NCBI GenBank assembly: GCA_041946805.1
Contig: JBHGBC010000188.1
Span: forward strand, 1-10,670
Direction: 5' to 3'
DNA length: 10,670 nucleotides
Origin: a bacterium
GTDB taxonomy: Bacteria; Hinthialibacterota; Hinthialibacteria; Hinthialibacterales; Hinthialibacteraceae
In this document: positions 1 to 8,707 of the stretch, one piece after another
How the letters are laid out: each line of letters begins with the position of its first letter
Numbering within the stretch: position 1 is the stretch's first letter
Translations under genes and position numbers: made by a program
Notes under the pieces: generated by a model
What the model saw: the letters and a program-made list of their open reading frames with translations, nothing else
What the model was told of the DNA's origin: nothing
Database searches by the model: none

Positions 1-34
1 TGAGGTAAAATCAATTCCATTCACGCCGGGATGA

Positions 35-60
35 GGGCGGACACCAAGGTCCGTCCCTAT
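35..60 (-). repeat. REP-like palindrome (GTAG-foot family), slightly degenerate copy
   Basis: Minus strand reads ATAG-GGACGGAC-CTTGGT-GTCCGCCC. The homologous copy at 10612..10637 reads GTAG-GGGCGGAC-CTGGGT-GTCCGCCC. A GTAG tetranucleotide 5' of a GC-rich hairpin is the established architecture of TnpA(REP)/RAYT-associated REPs. Confidence 0.75.
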
Positions 61-62
61 AA

Positions 63-107
63 AAAATTCCCTCACCCAGGCCCTCTCCCAGAGGGAGAGG
101 GAATTTT
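63..107 (+). repeat. BoxC-like repeat module (CCCTCACCC-N3-CCCTCTCCC-N3-GGGAGAGGG)
   Basis: Perfect 9-bp stem 81..89/93..101 with an AGA loop, and an outer 11-bp inverted repeat AAAATTCCCTC (63..73)/GAGGGAATTTT (97..107). Two more copies at 9295..9331 (inverted) and 10638..10670. It resembles enterobacterial BoxC-type repeats. Confidence 0.75.
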
Positions 108-185
108 AGGGGTGGTTTTCATCGATCCTTTCGAAGAGACGCGCAACGGCGATTTGAAAAAAAGTATGCACTTGCCGGATGAGCC

Positions 186-443
186 ATAAATCGCAATTTA
201 CCTAGCCATTCATTCAACAATCCCTTATAACTCAGTTGATTAAGGAGGATTTTGCATTTCACGAACGTGGCTGCATGCCTGCCATTGGACCTCCACCCGA
301 TCGAGAATCTGCTGTTGTTCATCATCCGGAGTGGTGATCCAGGAGGCCTCGTGGCCCTGCATCAGCCCGGTTTCTTCGCGAATCGATTTGAGCCGTTCCA
401 GCACCCCGGCAAACGTCCAGCGGCGTTCCTGGGCTGAACCGCA
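186..443 (-). pseudogene. 3' remnant of an IS1634-family-like transposase with probable element right end
   Basis: A start-less open frame on the minus strand (443..240) translates as CGSAQERRWTFAGVLERLKSIREETGLMQGHEASWITTPDDEQQQILDRVEVQWQACSHVREMQNPP*. The RRWTF..VLERLKSIR...ITTPD.EQQ.ILD pattern resembles IS1634 transposase C-termini as recalled. An in-frame TAG lies at 444..446 and the N-terminal part is absent. Confidence 0.6.
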
Positions 444-611
444 CTAACAGAAAATATACAAGAAAATGAACTTGGAAGATTCCTGGCGCCGTTAGCGCAT
501 CGGAAAATCCAAATGTAATCCGGAGTGCCGAATTTCAATACTGGATTCACTGAAATCAAGTACTGACGCTCCGGCAAAAAGTGAAAATGCAACGGATATG
601 TTCAATATATT

Positions 612-668
612 GTGGTGCAGGCATCCTGCCTGCCACCATATTTTACACAGACAAGATGTCTGCACCAC
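612..668. repeat. Inverted REP doublet (REPIN-like), GTGG-foot family, downstream of kdpE; may stabilise or terminate the kdp transcript
   Basis: 612..632 GTGGTGCAGGCATCCTGCCTG and the reverse complement of 648..668, GTGGTGCAGACATCTTGTCTG, match at 18/21 with a 15-nt spacer. Each unit is itself a hairpin (CAGGCA-TCC-TGCCTG; CAGACA-TCT-TGTCTG). A third degenerate copy is at 9333..9353. Confidence 0.75.
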
Positions 669-760
669 CATGAGGAGACTTTTTGCCGTTCCGTCAGTAC
701 ATACGAAAAAACCAGACGAATATCAGTGAGCCCAGGGTTCTGTCTTTCGTTTATAGGTAT

Positions 761-1465
761 CTATTCCGTGCCGGACCGCAGGCGGTAACCGACCCCCAGT
801 TCCGTCAAAATATACTCGGGCTGGGCGGGATCGCGCTCGATTTTTTTCCGCAGTTGCGCCATATGCACCCGGACGTAATGTTCCTGCCCCTCGTAGGCGT
901 TCCCCCAAACCTCCTTGAGGATCTGCCGGTGCGTCAAAACCCGTCCGGCGTTTCGCACCAGGCAGGTCAGGAGCTTATATTCGATCGGCGTCAGATGAAC
1001 ATCCTCCTCATCCAACCACACGCGCCGCAGGGCCAGGTCCACTCGCAGACCGCCGGCCTGGAAAACCGGCGGTTCAGACTGTCCGGCGGGCTGGACTTTT
1101 TTCCGCAGCGCGGCGCGGATGCGCGCCAGCAGTTCTCCCGCGCCGAACGGCTTGGTCAGGTAGTCATCCGCGCCGAGATCCAGGGCCTCGATCTTGTCCT
1201 GCTCCCGGCCCCGCGCCGAGAGCACGATGATGGGGACCGCCGACCACGCGCGGAGGTTCCGGGTCACCTCCAGGCCGTCCAGGTCCGGCAAGCCCAGGTC
1301 CAGCAATACCAGGTCCGGCTGGCGGGTGGCCGCTTCACGGATGCCCTCCGCGCCGGTCATGGCTTCCACGATGGCGTAACGGTGGCTGGTGAGCAGCACC
1401 CGTAAAAACCGCAGCATGGGGACTTCGTCCTCGATGACCAGGATCAGTGGTTGAGAATCCGACAT
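761..1465 (-). CDS. kdpE: KdpE, OmpR/PhoB-family response regulator (234 aa)
   Basis: Receiver domain (ILVIEDE, LLDLGLPDLDG phospho-acceptor Asp, DDYLTKPF) plus winged-helix domain (LTPIEYKLL, LRKKIE.DPA.P.YI.TE.GVGYR). Starts 3 nt after the kdpD stop. Confidence 0.96.
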   Translation of the reverse strand: MSDSQPLILVIEDEVPMLRFLRVLLTSHRYAIVEAMTGAEGIREAATRQPDLVLLDLGLPDLDGLEVTRNLRAWSAVPIIVLSARGREQDKIEALDLGADDYLTKPFGAGELLARIRAALRKKVQPAGQSEPPVFQAGGLRVDLALRRVWLDEEDVHLTPIEYKLLTCLVRNAGRVLTHRQILKEVWGNAYEGQEHYVRVHMAQLRKKIERDPAQPEYILTELGVGYRLRSGTE

Positions 1466-1468
1466 GGA

Positions 1469-4189
1469 TTAGAGTTCCCGCGCGTTCAGGGCCGAGGCGT
1501 TGCGCATTTGGATACCGGATGATTCCAGATCCACGGGCAGCGAGAAGGCCACGGCCGCGCCCCGCGCGTCCGTCCGGTTGACCGCCCAGATCCGCCCGCC
1601 GTGGGCCTCGACGATCGCCTTACAGATGGCCAATCCCAGCCCAGCTCCCCGGGCGTGGGCTTTGGAACCCCGGTAGAACTTGTCGAAGATCCGCTGTTCC
1701 TCGCCGGGCTCGAATCCCGCGCCGTGATCGGAGACCGTGATCACCACGCCTTGATCTTGCAGGACGGCCGTGATCTCGACCGCCTCCGGCTTCGGGCTGT
1801 ATTTATCGGCGTTTTCGATGAGATTGATCAGGACCAGCTCGATCAACAATCCGTCCATCCGCACCAGGGGCAGATCGGAATCCACCCGGACCCGCACGGT
1901 CCGGGATTGCAGCGTCCGGGATAATTGCCGCAAGGCCGAACCGATGACCTCTTCCGGCAGGTGCCAATCCGTGTTGAGTTGGAATCCCCCGCCCTCGATC
2001 CGGGTCATCTCCAACAGGTTTTGCAGCAGACGGGCGAGGCGGTGGGCTTCTTCCTGGATGGTCTCCAGCAGTTCCATTTGATCGGGAGGCAACGGCGGGC
2101 GTTGTTCCAAAATGCCCGTCACCGCGCCCAGAATAGCCCCCAGGGGCGTGCGCAGATCATGGGAGATCGAACTGAGCAAGGCATTGCGCAGACGTTCCGT
2201 TTCCATGAGCACTTGCGCCTGGCGCGCTGATTCGGCCAGCAGCGTCCGCTCCAGCGCGATGCTGATTTGCGTGACCGCCGCGTCCAGTAATTGATACTGG
2301 TCCGAATCTTGAAATACATCTGGCGAGCGCGGCCGCACGCCCACCACGCCCAACTTGCGCTCGCCCGGTCCAAGGGGGAGGTACAGCCCCTCGGAAGCCG
2401 GCAAGGTCGGCGTACCGTTCCCGGCGGGTTTGCCATGAGTAAAGCACCACTGGGCGGTGATTATCTCCTTGGCGTTATCCAAAGGCGCGCCGGCATTCGC
2501 GGCCGGCGCCAGGCCGCCTTTTTCGTCCTCCAGGAAAATCGTCGTATCGGATTTGAATATCTCTTGCGTCTGCTGCACGGCCGTTTGGACCAAATGGTCC
2601 GTATCGTTCTCCCGCGCGAGTTTTTCCGTCAAACGGTAGAGGGCGAAGGTGCGGTATTCCCGGGCGCGGGCGGAGCGCGCCTGCTCCTTCACGCGGTCCA
2701 CCAGGTTTCCCATCAACAATCCCACCAGCACGATCGCGAGGAATGTGAGGATATACCGCGTATCATGGATATAGAACGTGAAATGGGGCGGAATGAAAAA
2801 ATAGTCGAAGGCCGCCACGCTCAGCAAGGCCGTCAGGTAGGCCGCCCGGCGGGTCAGAGAAAACGCGGCGAGGAAAATCCCCGCCAGGAAGATCACGACC
2901 ACATCCGATTCGGACAGGAACTTTCGCAGGAAAAACGCGAATGCCGCGCACAGGGCGGTGATGAGGCAGGACCATCCGTAATCCTTCCAAGGAATCGAAT
3001 GGGAGGGCCGTGGGGGAGCGGCCCCGGCGGCCGGCCATTCGCTTTCGCCCCCCTGGACGACGTAGATTTCGATGTCTCCGCTTTGGCGGATCACCTCATC
3101 CACCAGGGAACCGCGCAGCCACTCCCGCCAGCGCGGAGTCATCGGCTTGCCGATCACGATCAGGGAAATGTTATGGGCGCGGGCGTAGGCGATGATTTCC
3201 TCGCTGACGTTCTCGCCGAAAAGCACCCGGGTTTCCGCTCCCAGATCCTCCGCCAGGCGCAGATGGTGACGCACCCGCGCCTTGTCCTTTTCGGGCAGAC
3301 GCCGAATGCGGGAGGTTTCCACGGAGACCGCGGTCCACTCCGCGTGCAGGCTCTTGGCGATGCGGCTGGCGATACGCGCCACCCGCGCCGACAACGGGCT
3401 GGGACCGACGCAGACCAGGACGCGTTCCGCCGCCCGCCAGACTTTCTGGATGTCGTGCGCGCGGCGGTACACGTGCAGGTCGGCTTCCACCCGGTCCGCC
3501 ACCTGCCGCAAGGAGAGTTCGCGCAGGGCGATCAGGTTGCCGGGCTTGAAGAAGTTCCCCAAGGCCAGCCCCGGATCCTGCCCGGGATAGACTTTCCCTT
3601 CTTGCAGCCGCTGGATGAGATCACCCGGGCTGATATCCACCAGTTCGATTTCATCCGCCTGGTCCAGGATCTGGTCCGGCAGGGTTTCCCGGATCTTCAC
3701 GCCGGTGATCTGCTCGACGATGTCGTTGACGCTCTCCAGGTGCTGGACATTCAAGGTGGTGTACACCGTGATGCCGGCGGCCAGCAGTTCCTGCACATCC
3801 TGGCACCGCTTAGCATGGCGGCTGCCGGGGATGTTCGTGTGCGCCAGTTCATCGGTCAGCAGCACGGCCGGCCGGCGCTGGAGCGCGGCGTCCAGGTCGA
3901 ATTCCTCGAAATCCAGGTCCCGGTAACGCATCCTTTTCCGGGGGAGTATTTCGAATCCTTCCAGCAGCGCCTGGATCTCACGGCGTCCATGCGTCTCGAT
4001 CAAGCCGATGACCACGTCCACGCCCTGCCGCTTCAAACCGCGGGCGGCTTCCAGCATGGTGAAGGTTTTGCCCACGCCGGGCGCCGCGCCGAGAAACACC
4101 TTGAGTTTCCCCTTCGCGGACGAATGGTTTTGCTCGCGGATTTTCTCCAACAGTTGATCGGGATCGGGACGGCGTTCCACGTCGTTCAT
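1469..4189 (-). CDS. kdpD: KdpD, K+-sensing histidine kinase (906 aa), full length
   Basis: N-terminal RRPDPDQLL and Walker A GAAPGVGKT, DELAHTN, TTLNVQHLES, LIALRELSLR. Then a USP domain, four hydrophobic helices, a GAF-like region, HisKA SISHDLRTPL and the HATPase motifs NLIENADKYS, D.GAG, GAGLGLAICKAIVEAHGG. Confidence 0.97.
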   Translation of the reverse strand: MNDVERRPDPDQLLEKIREQNHSSAKGKLKVFLGAAPGVGKTFTMLEAARGLKRQGVDVVIGLIETHGRREIQALLEGFEILPRKRMRYRDLDFEEFDLDAALQRRPAVLLTDELAHTNIPGSRHAKRCQDVQELLAAGITVYTTLNVQHLESVNDIVEQITGVKIRETLPDQILDQADEIELVDISPGDLIQRLQEGKVYPGQDPGLALGNFFKPGNLIALRELSLRQVADRVEADLHVYRRAHDIQKVWRAAERVLVCVGPSPLSARVARIASRIAKSLHAEWTAVSVETSRIRRLPEKDKARVRHHLRLAEDLGAETRVLFGENVSEEIIAYARAHNISLIVIGKPMTPRWREWLRGSLVDEVIRQSGDIEIYVVQGGESEWPAAGAAPPRPSHSIPWKDYGWSCLITALCAAFAFFLRKFLSESDVVVIFLAGIFLAAFSLTRRAAYLTALLSVAAFDYFFIPPHFTFYIHDTRYILTFLAIVLVGLLMGNLVDRVKEQARSARAREYRTFALYRLTEKLARENDTDHLVQTAVQQTQEIFKSDTTIFLEDEKGGLAPAANAGAPLDNAKEIITAQWCFTHGKPAGNGTPTLPASEGLYLPLGPGERKLGVVGVRPRSPDVFQDSDQYQLLDAAVTQISIALERTLLAESARQAQVLMETERLRNALLSSISHDLRTPLGAILGAVTGILEQRPPLPPDQMELLETIQEEAHRLARLLQNLLEMTRIEGGGFQLNTDWHLPEEVIGSALRQLSRTLQSRTVRVRVDSDLPLVRMDGLLIELVLINLIENADKYSPKPEAVEITAVLQDQGVVITVSDHGAGFEPGEEQRIFDKFYRGSKAHARGAGLGLAICKAIVEAHGGRIWAVNRTDARGAAVAFSLPVDLESSGIQMRNASALNAREL

Positions 4190-4207
4190 GGCGGGATTAT
4201 CCCTGGA

Positions 4208-4789
4208 TTATTTGTGAACCGGCGCTTCCCGGTCCAAGCGGCGGTTTAATTGTACTACGTTTACCACCGGTTCACCCAGGAATCCCAGTTGCCGGTTTTC
4301 CACTGTGCGCGAGACGATCTCCCGGATGGTCTCTTCCCGGAGGTTTCGGGCCTGGGCCACTCGCGGGACCTGGTAATACGCGGCGGCGGTACAGATATGC
4401 GGATCGAGTCCGCTGCCCGACGCCGTGACCAGGTCCACGGGTATGGGCATCGTGGGATCGTGTGGATACTTCTTCAGCTCGGCGATGCGGGCCCGGGCTT
4501 GTAGGAACAAATCCGGATGCAGCGGACCGTAATTCGTTCCGGAGGAAGATCCGGCGTTGTAAGGATGCCCGGCCGTGGCGGACAGGCGGCTCCAGAAATA
4601 CCGGGGATTCTGAAACGCCTGGCCGATGAGTTCCGAGCCGGTTACCCGGCCGTTCTCCACGATCAGGCTGCCGTTGGCTTGACGGGGGAAAAGAATCTGC
4701 GCGGCGGCCGTGACGAAGAAGGGATATAACAATCCGGTGACGAGAGTCATGACGATCAAAAAACGAATAGAGGGCAGTACATATTTCAT
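4208..4789 (-). CDS. kdpC: KdpC, K+-transporting ATPase subunit C (193 aa)
   Basis: N-terminal TM helix, then QANGSLI, GSELIGQ.F, YFWSR.SA, DLVTASGSGLDPHI, LGEP.VNV..LN. RBS AAGGAG overlaps the kdpB stop. Confidence 0.96.
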   Translation of the reverse strand: MKYVLPSIRFLIVMTLVTGLLYPFFVTAAAQILFPRQANGSLIVENGRVTGSELIGQAFQNPRYFWSRLSATAGHPYNAGSSSGTNYGPLHPDLFLQARARIAELKKYPHDPTMPIPVDLVTASGSGLDPHICTAAAYYQVPRVAQARNLREETIREIVSRTVENRQLGFLGEPVVNVVQLNRRLDREAPVHK

Positions 4790-4804
4790 GGCGAAATAGT
4801 CTCC

Positions 4805-6874
4805 TTATAATCCGGCGGTGTTCAAGAAAAGATCGATGGCCTTGATTCCCAAAAAGGGCGCCACGATCCCGCCGAGGCCATAGATCAAGAGATGGTTCCG
4901 CAGCAATTCCGCCGCTCCCAAGGAGCGGCATTTGACGCCGCGCAAGGCCAGGGGAATGAGGGCCACGATGATCAGGGCGTTGAAAATGACCGCCGAGAGG
5001 ACCGCGCTGGCAGGGCTGCTCAAGCGCATGATGTTCAACGCCTCCAACTGGGGATACACCGGCATGAAGGCGGCGGGCAGGATGGCGAAATACTTGGCCA
5101 GGTCATTGGCGAGGCTGAAGGTGGTCAACGCGCCGCGGGTCATGAGCATCTGCTTGCCGATTTCCACGATCTCGATCAGCTTGGTGGGATTGGAGTCGAG
5201 GTCCACCAGGTTGGCGGCCTCCTTGGCGGCTTGCGTGCCGGAATTCATGGCCACCGCGACATCCGCCTGGGCCAGGGCGGGCGCGTCGTTGGTCCCGTCG
5301 CCGGTCATGGCGATCATTCGCCCGCCTTCTTGTTGCCGCCGGATCAGATCCAGTTTCGCTTCCGGCGTGGCTTCGGCCAGGTAATCGTCCACTCCCGCCT
5401 CGGCGGCGATGGCGGCGGCGGTCACCGGGTTGTCGCCGGTGATCATGACGGTTTGGATACCCATGCGCCGCAATTCCTGGAACCGTTGCCGAATGCCGCT
5501 TTTCACGATGTCCTTGAGATGAACCACGCCCAAGGCGCGAGGGCCCTCGCAGACGATCAAGGGCGTCCCGCCGGACCGCGCCACGCGCTCCACGGCTTGT
5601 CTCACCGAGTTCGGCATCCGCCCGCCTTGGGCCGATACATGCTTTTCAATGGCGTCCGGCGCGCCCTTGCGGTAGGTTCGCCCATCCCGGTTGATTCCGC
5701 TCATGCGGGTCTGCGCGGTGAAGGGGACGGCCTGCCCCCCTATCCCATTCAGGTCCTTTTCGGGAAACCGCCACAACCGGCGGGCCAATTCCACGATGCT
5801 CTTGCCCTCCGGCGTGTCGTCCGCCAGGGAGGAAAGAAACGCGGCGTGGGCCAATTCCTTTTCAGGGATCTCATCGGCCGGGATGAACTCCGAGGCCTGG
5901 CGGTTGCCGTGGGTGATGGTCCCGGTTTTATCCAGCAGCAGGACATCCACGTCCCCGGCGGCCTCCACCGCGCGGCCCGACAGGGCCACCACATTGGCGC
6001 TCATCATCCGGTCCATGCCCGCGATCCCGATGGCGGACAGCAAGGCCCCGATCGTGGTCGGAATGAGGCAGACCAGCAAGGATACCAGGATAGTGATGGA
6101 GATCACCGAGCCTTGTCCCGCCGCCTTCACACTGTAGATCGAAAAGGGCAAGAGCGTGCAAGTGGCCAACAGGAACACGAGGGTCAAGGCGGCCAGGAGA
6201 ATGTCCAGGGCGATTTCCAACGGCGTTTTCTTCCGTTTCGCGCCCTCCACCATCGCGATCATGCGGTCCAGAAACGTCTCGCCGGGATTGGAGGTCACCT
6301 GGACCACCAGCCAGTCCGAGAGAATCGTGGCGCCGCCGGTGACGGCGCCGCGGTCCCCGCCCGATTCCCGGATCACGGGGGCGCTCTCGCCGGTGATGGC
6401 GCTTTCGTTGACCGCGGCGATGCCTTCCAGCACCTCGCCATCCGCGGGGATGGTGTCGCCTGCTTCCACCAAAAAGAAATCTCCCTTGCGCAGAGACGAG
6501 CCGGGAACCGGGGCAGGAGAAGACCGGCCGGAAGGATTACGGAGTTTTTTCGCGGTGACCTCCCGCCGGGTCTTGCGCAAGGAGGCGGCTTGGGCCTTCC
6601 CCCGGCCTTCCGCGATGGCTTCGGCGAAGTTGGCGAAGAGCACCGTGAACCATAACCACAAGGTGATATGCCATATGAATCCCGCCGGCGCGTCACCCTG
6701 GCCGACGAGCGCCTGGAATCCCAGAAGAGTGGTCAGGCCGGCGCAGACCGCCACGACGAACATGACCGGATTGCGCGCCAGCCGGCGCGGATCGAGTTTC
6801 CAAAACGAATCGAGGACGGCGTTTTTCAACAGGGTGCGGTCGAGAAACGAGATAGGTTTTTTTCGTGGACTCAT
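4805..6874 (-). CDS. kdpB: KdpB, P-type ATPase subunit B (689 aa from ATG 6874)
   Basis: [40 protein letters not shown] phosphorylation site, [27 protein letters not shown]. Start moved from the track's 6940 (inside kdpA) to ATG 6874, which has GGAG just upstream. Confidence 0.97.
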   Translation of the reverse strand: MSPRKKPISFLDRTLLKNAVLDSFWKLDPRRLARNPVMFVVAVCAGLTTLLGFQALVGQGDAPAGFIWHITLWLWFTVLFANFAEAIAEGRGKAQAASLRKTRREVTAKKLRNPSGRSSPAPVPGSSLRKGDFFLVEAGDTIPADGEVLEGIAAVNESAITGESAPVIRESGGDRGAVTGGATILSDWLVVQVTSNPGETFLDRMIAMVEGAKRKKTPLEIALDILLAALTLVFLLATCTLLPFSIYSVKAAGQGSVISITILVSLLVCLIPTTIGALLSAIGIAGMDRMMSANVVALSGRAVEAAGDVDVLLLDKTGTITHGNRQASEFIPADEIPEKELAHAAFLSSLADDTPEGKSIVELARRLWRFPEKDLNGIGGQAVPFTAQTRMSGINRDGRTYRKGAPDAIEKHVSAQGGRMPNSVRQAVERVARSGGTPLIVCEGPRALGVVHLKDIVKSGIRQRFQELRRMGIQTVMITGDNPVTAAAIAAEAGVDDYLAEATPEAKLDLIRRQQEGGRMIAMTGDGTNDAPALAQADVAVAMNSGTQAAKEAANLVDLDSNPTKLIEIVEIGKQMLMTRGALTTFSLANDLAKYFAILPAAFMPVYPQLEALNIMRLSSPASAVLSAVIFNALIIVALIPLALRGVKCRSLGAAELLRNHLLIYGLGGIVAPFLGIKAIDLFLNTAGL

Positions 6875-6911
6875 GGTCTTCTCCACAGAATGAAAGGATG
6901 CGGTTTGTCCG

Positions 6912-8627
6912 TTACGAGTAAAGAATGCAATGCTCGACAATCGGGCCGAGGGCCAGCGCGGGGAAAAAGGTCAAGGCGGCGGCCAAGAGCACCACGCCGA
7001 TCAGCAGCCCGGTGAAGAGCGGCGTGTGCGTCGGCAGGGTGCCGGGTCCAGGCGGCACGATGCGTTTCCCGGACAGTGATCCCGCCAGGGCCAGGATGGG
7101 AACGATGACGCCATACCGTCCCAGCAGCATGCCCAGCGCCAAGAGGACATTGGCGAAAAGCGTATTCGCGCCGAATCCGGCGAACGCGCTGCCGTTGTTG
7201 TTCGCCGCGGAGGCGGCCGCGTACAGCGCTTCCGACAATCCATGCGCGCCGGAATTGAAGAGGCTGCCGAGGCCAGACGGCAGCGCGACGATCAGGGCGG
7301 ACGCCAGCAGAACCGCCGCGGCGGGGATCAGCACCACCAGCGCCACCATCTTCATCTCGAACGCCTCAATCTTCTTGCCCAGATACTCCGGCGCGCGGCC
7401 CACCATCAATCCCGCGACGAACACGGCAATGATGACGAAGGCCAACATGCCGTACAAACCCGATCCCACTCCCCCGAAAACTACTTCCCCCAGCATTATC
7501 AACAGCATCGGCACAAGCCCGCCTAATGGCGTAAACGAATCGTGCATGCTATTGACCGATCCGTTCGAAGCCGCCGTGGTGGCGGTGGCCCACAAGGCGG
7601 AATCGACTATGCCGAAACGCACCTCCTTGCCTTCCAGGTTGCCGCCGGCCTGGATATCCACACCCAATTTCTCCAATTCCGGGTTGCCGCGTTGTTCCGC
7701 GATGACACCCCCGTATAGAAATCCGATGAACAAAATCGTCATCGCCGCCAGGAGCGCCCAACCCTGCCGCGTGTCCCGCACCATGATTCCATACGTGTGG
7801 CAGAGGGCGGCGGGAATCAGCAGCAACGCCAACATCTCCAAGAAATTGGAAAGCGGTGTGGGGTTTTCAAATGGATGGGCCGAGTTGGCGTTGAAAAAAC
7901 CACCGCCGTTGGTTCCCAACTGCTTGATGGCGATTTGGGAAGCCGCCGGCCCCACCGCCAGGATCTGGGTATCGGCGCCCATCGCCGCGGGATCCATCAC
8001 CCGGGCTTCCTGGTAAGGACTGAAGGTCTGTACTACCCCCTGGCTGACCAGCAACAATGCCAGGACAAGGGATAGAGGCAGGAGGACATACAAGGTCCCG
8101 CGGACCAGGTCCACATAGAAATTACCCAATCCCGGATTGACCTTCTGGCGGATCCCCCGGATCAGCGCGATCAGCACCGCCATGCCGGTCGCCGGGGACA
8201 GGAAATTCTGGACTGTCAATCCCAGCATTTGCGTTGCGTAGCTAAGGGTGGTTTCTCCCCCATAGGCTTGCCAATTGGTATTGGTGCCGAAACTGACGGC
8301 GGTATTGAAAGCCAGATCCGCCGGGACGGGTCCGAGTCCCTCCGGATTCCATGGCAGCCAGAGTTGTATCCGTTGCAACAGATAAACCGCAGCGATGCCC
8401 AGGGCGTTGAATACCAACAGATGGGCCGTGTATTCCTTCCAGTCCATCTCCCGCCCGGAATCGATACCGCTGATCCGGTCCAGAAAACGCTCCAGGGATC
8501 CCGCCCAGCGGCGGCGTGATGTCAGCCGGCCTTCAAACACGTACGCCATCCATCCGCCGAGCGGTTTGACCAAGAGCAGCAAAATGCCTACATATAGAAT
8601 GATTTGGAACCACCCGTTCCTACTCAT
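6912..8627 (-). CDS. kdpA: KdpA, K+ channel-like subunit A (571 aa from ATG 8627)
   Basis: All four selectivity-filter motifs are present (NTNWQ, TNGGG, SNGS, NNGS), plus [20 protein letters not shown] and LALGPIVEH. The start ATG overlaps the kdpF stop (ATGA), so 8627 is preferred over the track's 8654. Confidence 0.97.
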   Translation of the reverse strand: MSRNGWFQIILYVGILLLLVKPLGGWMAYVFEGRLTSRRRWAGSLERFLDRISGIDSGREMDWKEYTAHLLVFNALGIAAVYLLQRIQLWLPWNPEGLGPVPADLAFNTAVSFGTNTNWQAYGGETTLSYATQMLGLTVQNFLSPATGMAVLIALIRGIRQKVNPGLGNFYVDLVRGTLYVLLPLSLVLALLLVSQGVVQTFSPYQEARVMDPAAMGADTQILAVGPAASQIAIKQLGTNGGGFFNANSAHPFENPTPLSNFLEMLALLLIPAALCHTYGIMVRDTRQGWALLAAMTILFIGFLYGGVIAEQRGNPELEKLGVDIQAGGNLEGKEVRFGIVDSALWATATTAASNGSVNSMHDSFTPLGGLVPMLLIMLGEVVFGGVGSGLYGMLAFVIIAVFVAGLMVGRAPEYLGKKIEAFEMKMVALVVLIPAAAVLLASALIVALPSGLGSLFNSGAHGLSEALYAAASAANNNGSAFAGFGANTLFANVLLALGMLLGRYGVIVPILALAGSLSGKRIVPPGPGTLPTHTPLFTGLLIGVVLLAAALTFFPALALGPIVEHCILYS

Positions 8628-8707
8628 GAGAACCACTCCGGTTTTACCAAACATAGAATCAGGTAAATAAACAGCGCCAAGGCGATGAATCCCTCTAATA
8701 TGGTCAT
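8624..8707 (-). CDS. kdpF: KdpF, small hydrophobic subunit (27 aa: [27 protein letters not shown])
   Basis: Translated by hand. It is a single TM helix with the KdpF signature YL...L..PE.F. AGGAG RBS at 8714..8718, and the TGA overlaps the kdpA ATG. Confidence 0.93.
   Translation of the reverse strand: MTILEGFIALALFIYLILCLVKPEWFS

Larger units (their letters stand above)
1..185. mobile_element. Right part of a putative MITE-like non-autonomous element (copy A), ending in a 22-bp terminal inverted repeat at 164..185
   Basis: 164..185 GTATGCACTTGCCGGATGAGCC is the reverse complement of 10552..10573 GGCTCATCCGGCAAGTGCGTAC (21/22 identical). 14..94 is a direct repeat of 10591..10670. No coding capacity is evident. 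The MITE interpretation is inference. Confidence 0.6.

Noticed and set aside
1..94. Terminal redundancy suggesting a circular contig or plasmid
   Set aside because: The end copies differ (4 substitutions and an indel in 60 bp, and more upstream), and no replication genes are present.
252..437. 61-aa plus-strand ORF with TAAGGAGG upstream
   Set aside because: The RBS-like motif is only 3 nt from a TTG start, the peptide is unrecognisable, and it is antisense to the transposase-like remnant.
520..574. CCGGAGTGCC...GACGCTCCGG imperfect inverted repeat, possibly a third decayed REP doublet
   Set aside because: Only about 8 of 10 terminal bases pair, the interior does not, and there is no second copy in the window.
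683..1405. 240-aa plus-strand ORF with AGGAG upstream of a TTG
   Set aside because: It is an antisense shadow of kdpE, as is typical of high-GC codon usage, and has no recognisable motifs.
4193..4203. GGGATTATCCC palindrome over the weak kdpD RBS
   Set aside because: Only a 4-bp stem is feasible, which is too weak to support a regulatory claim.
2291..8016. Long plus-strand ORFs (2291..4249, 4892..6655, 6156..6893, 6925..8016)
   Set aside because: They lie antisense to kdpD, kdpB and kdpA. Stop-poor shadow frames are expected in GC-rich genes, and none has domain-like features.
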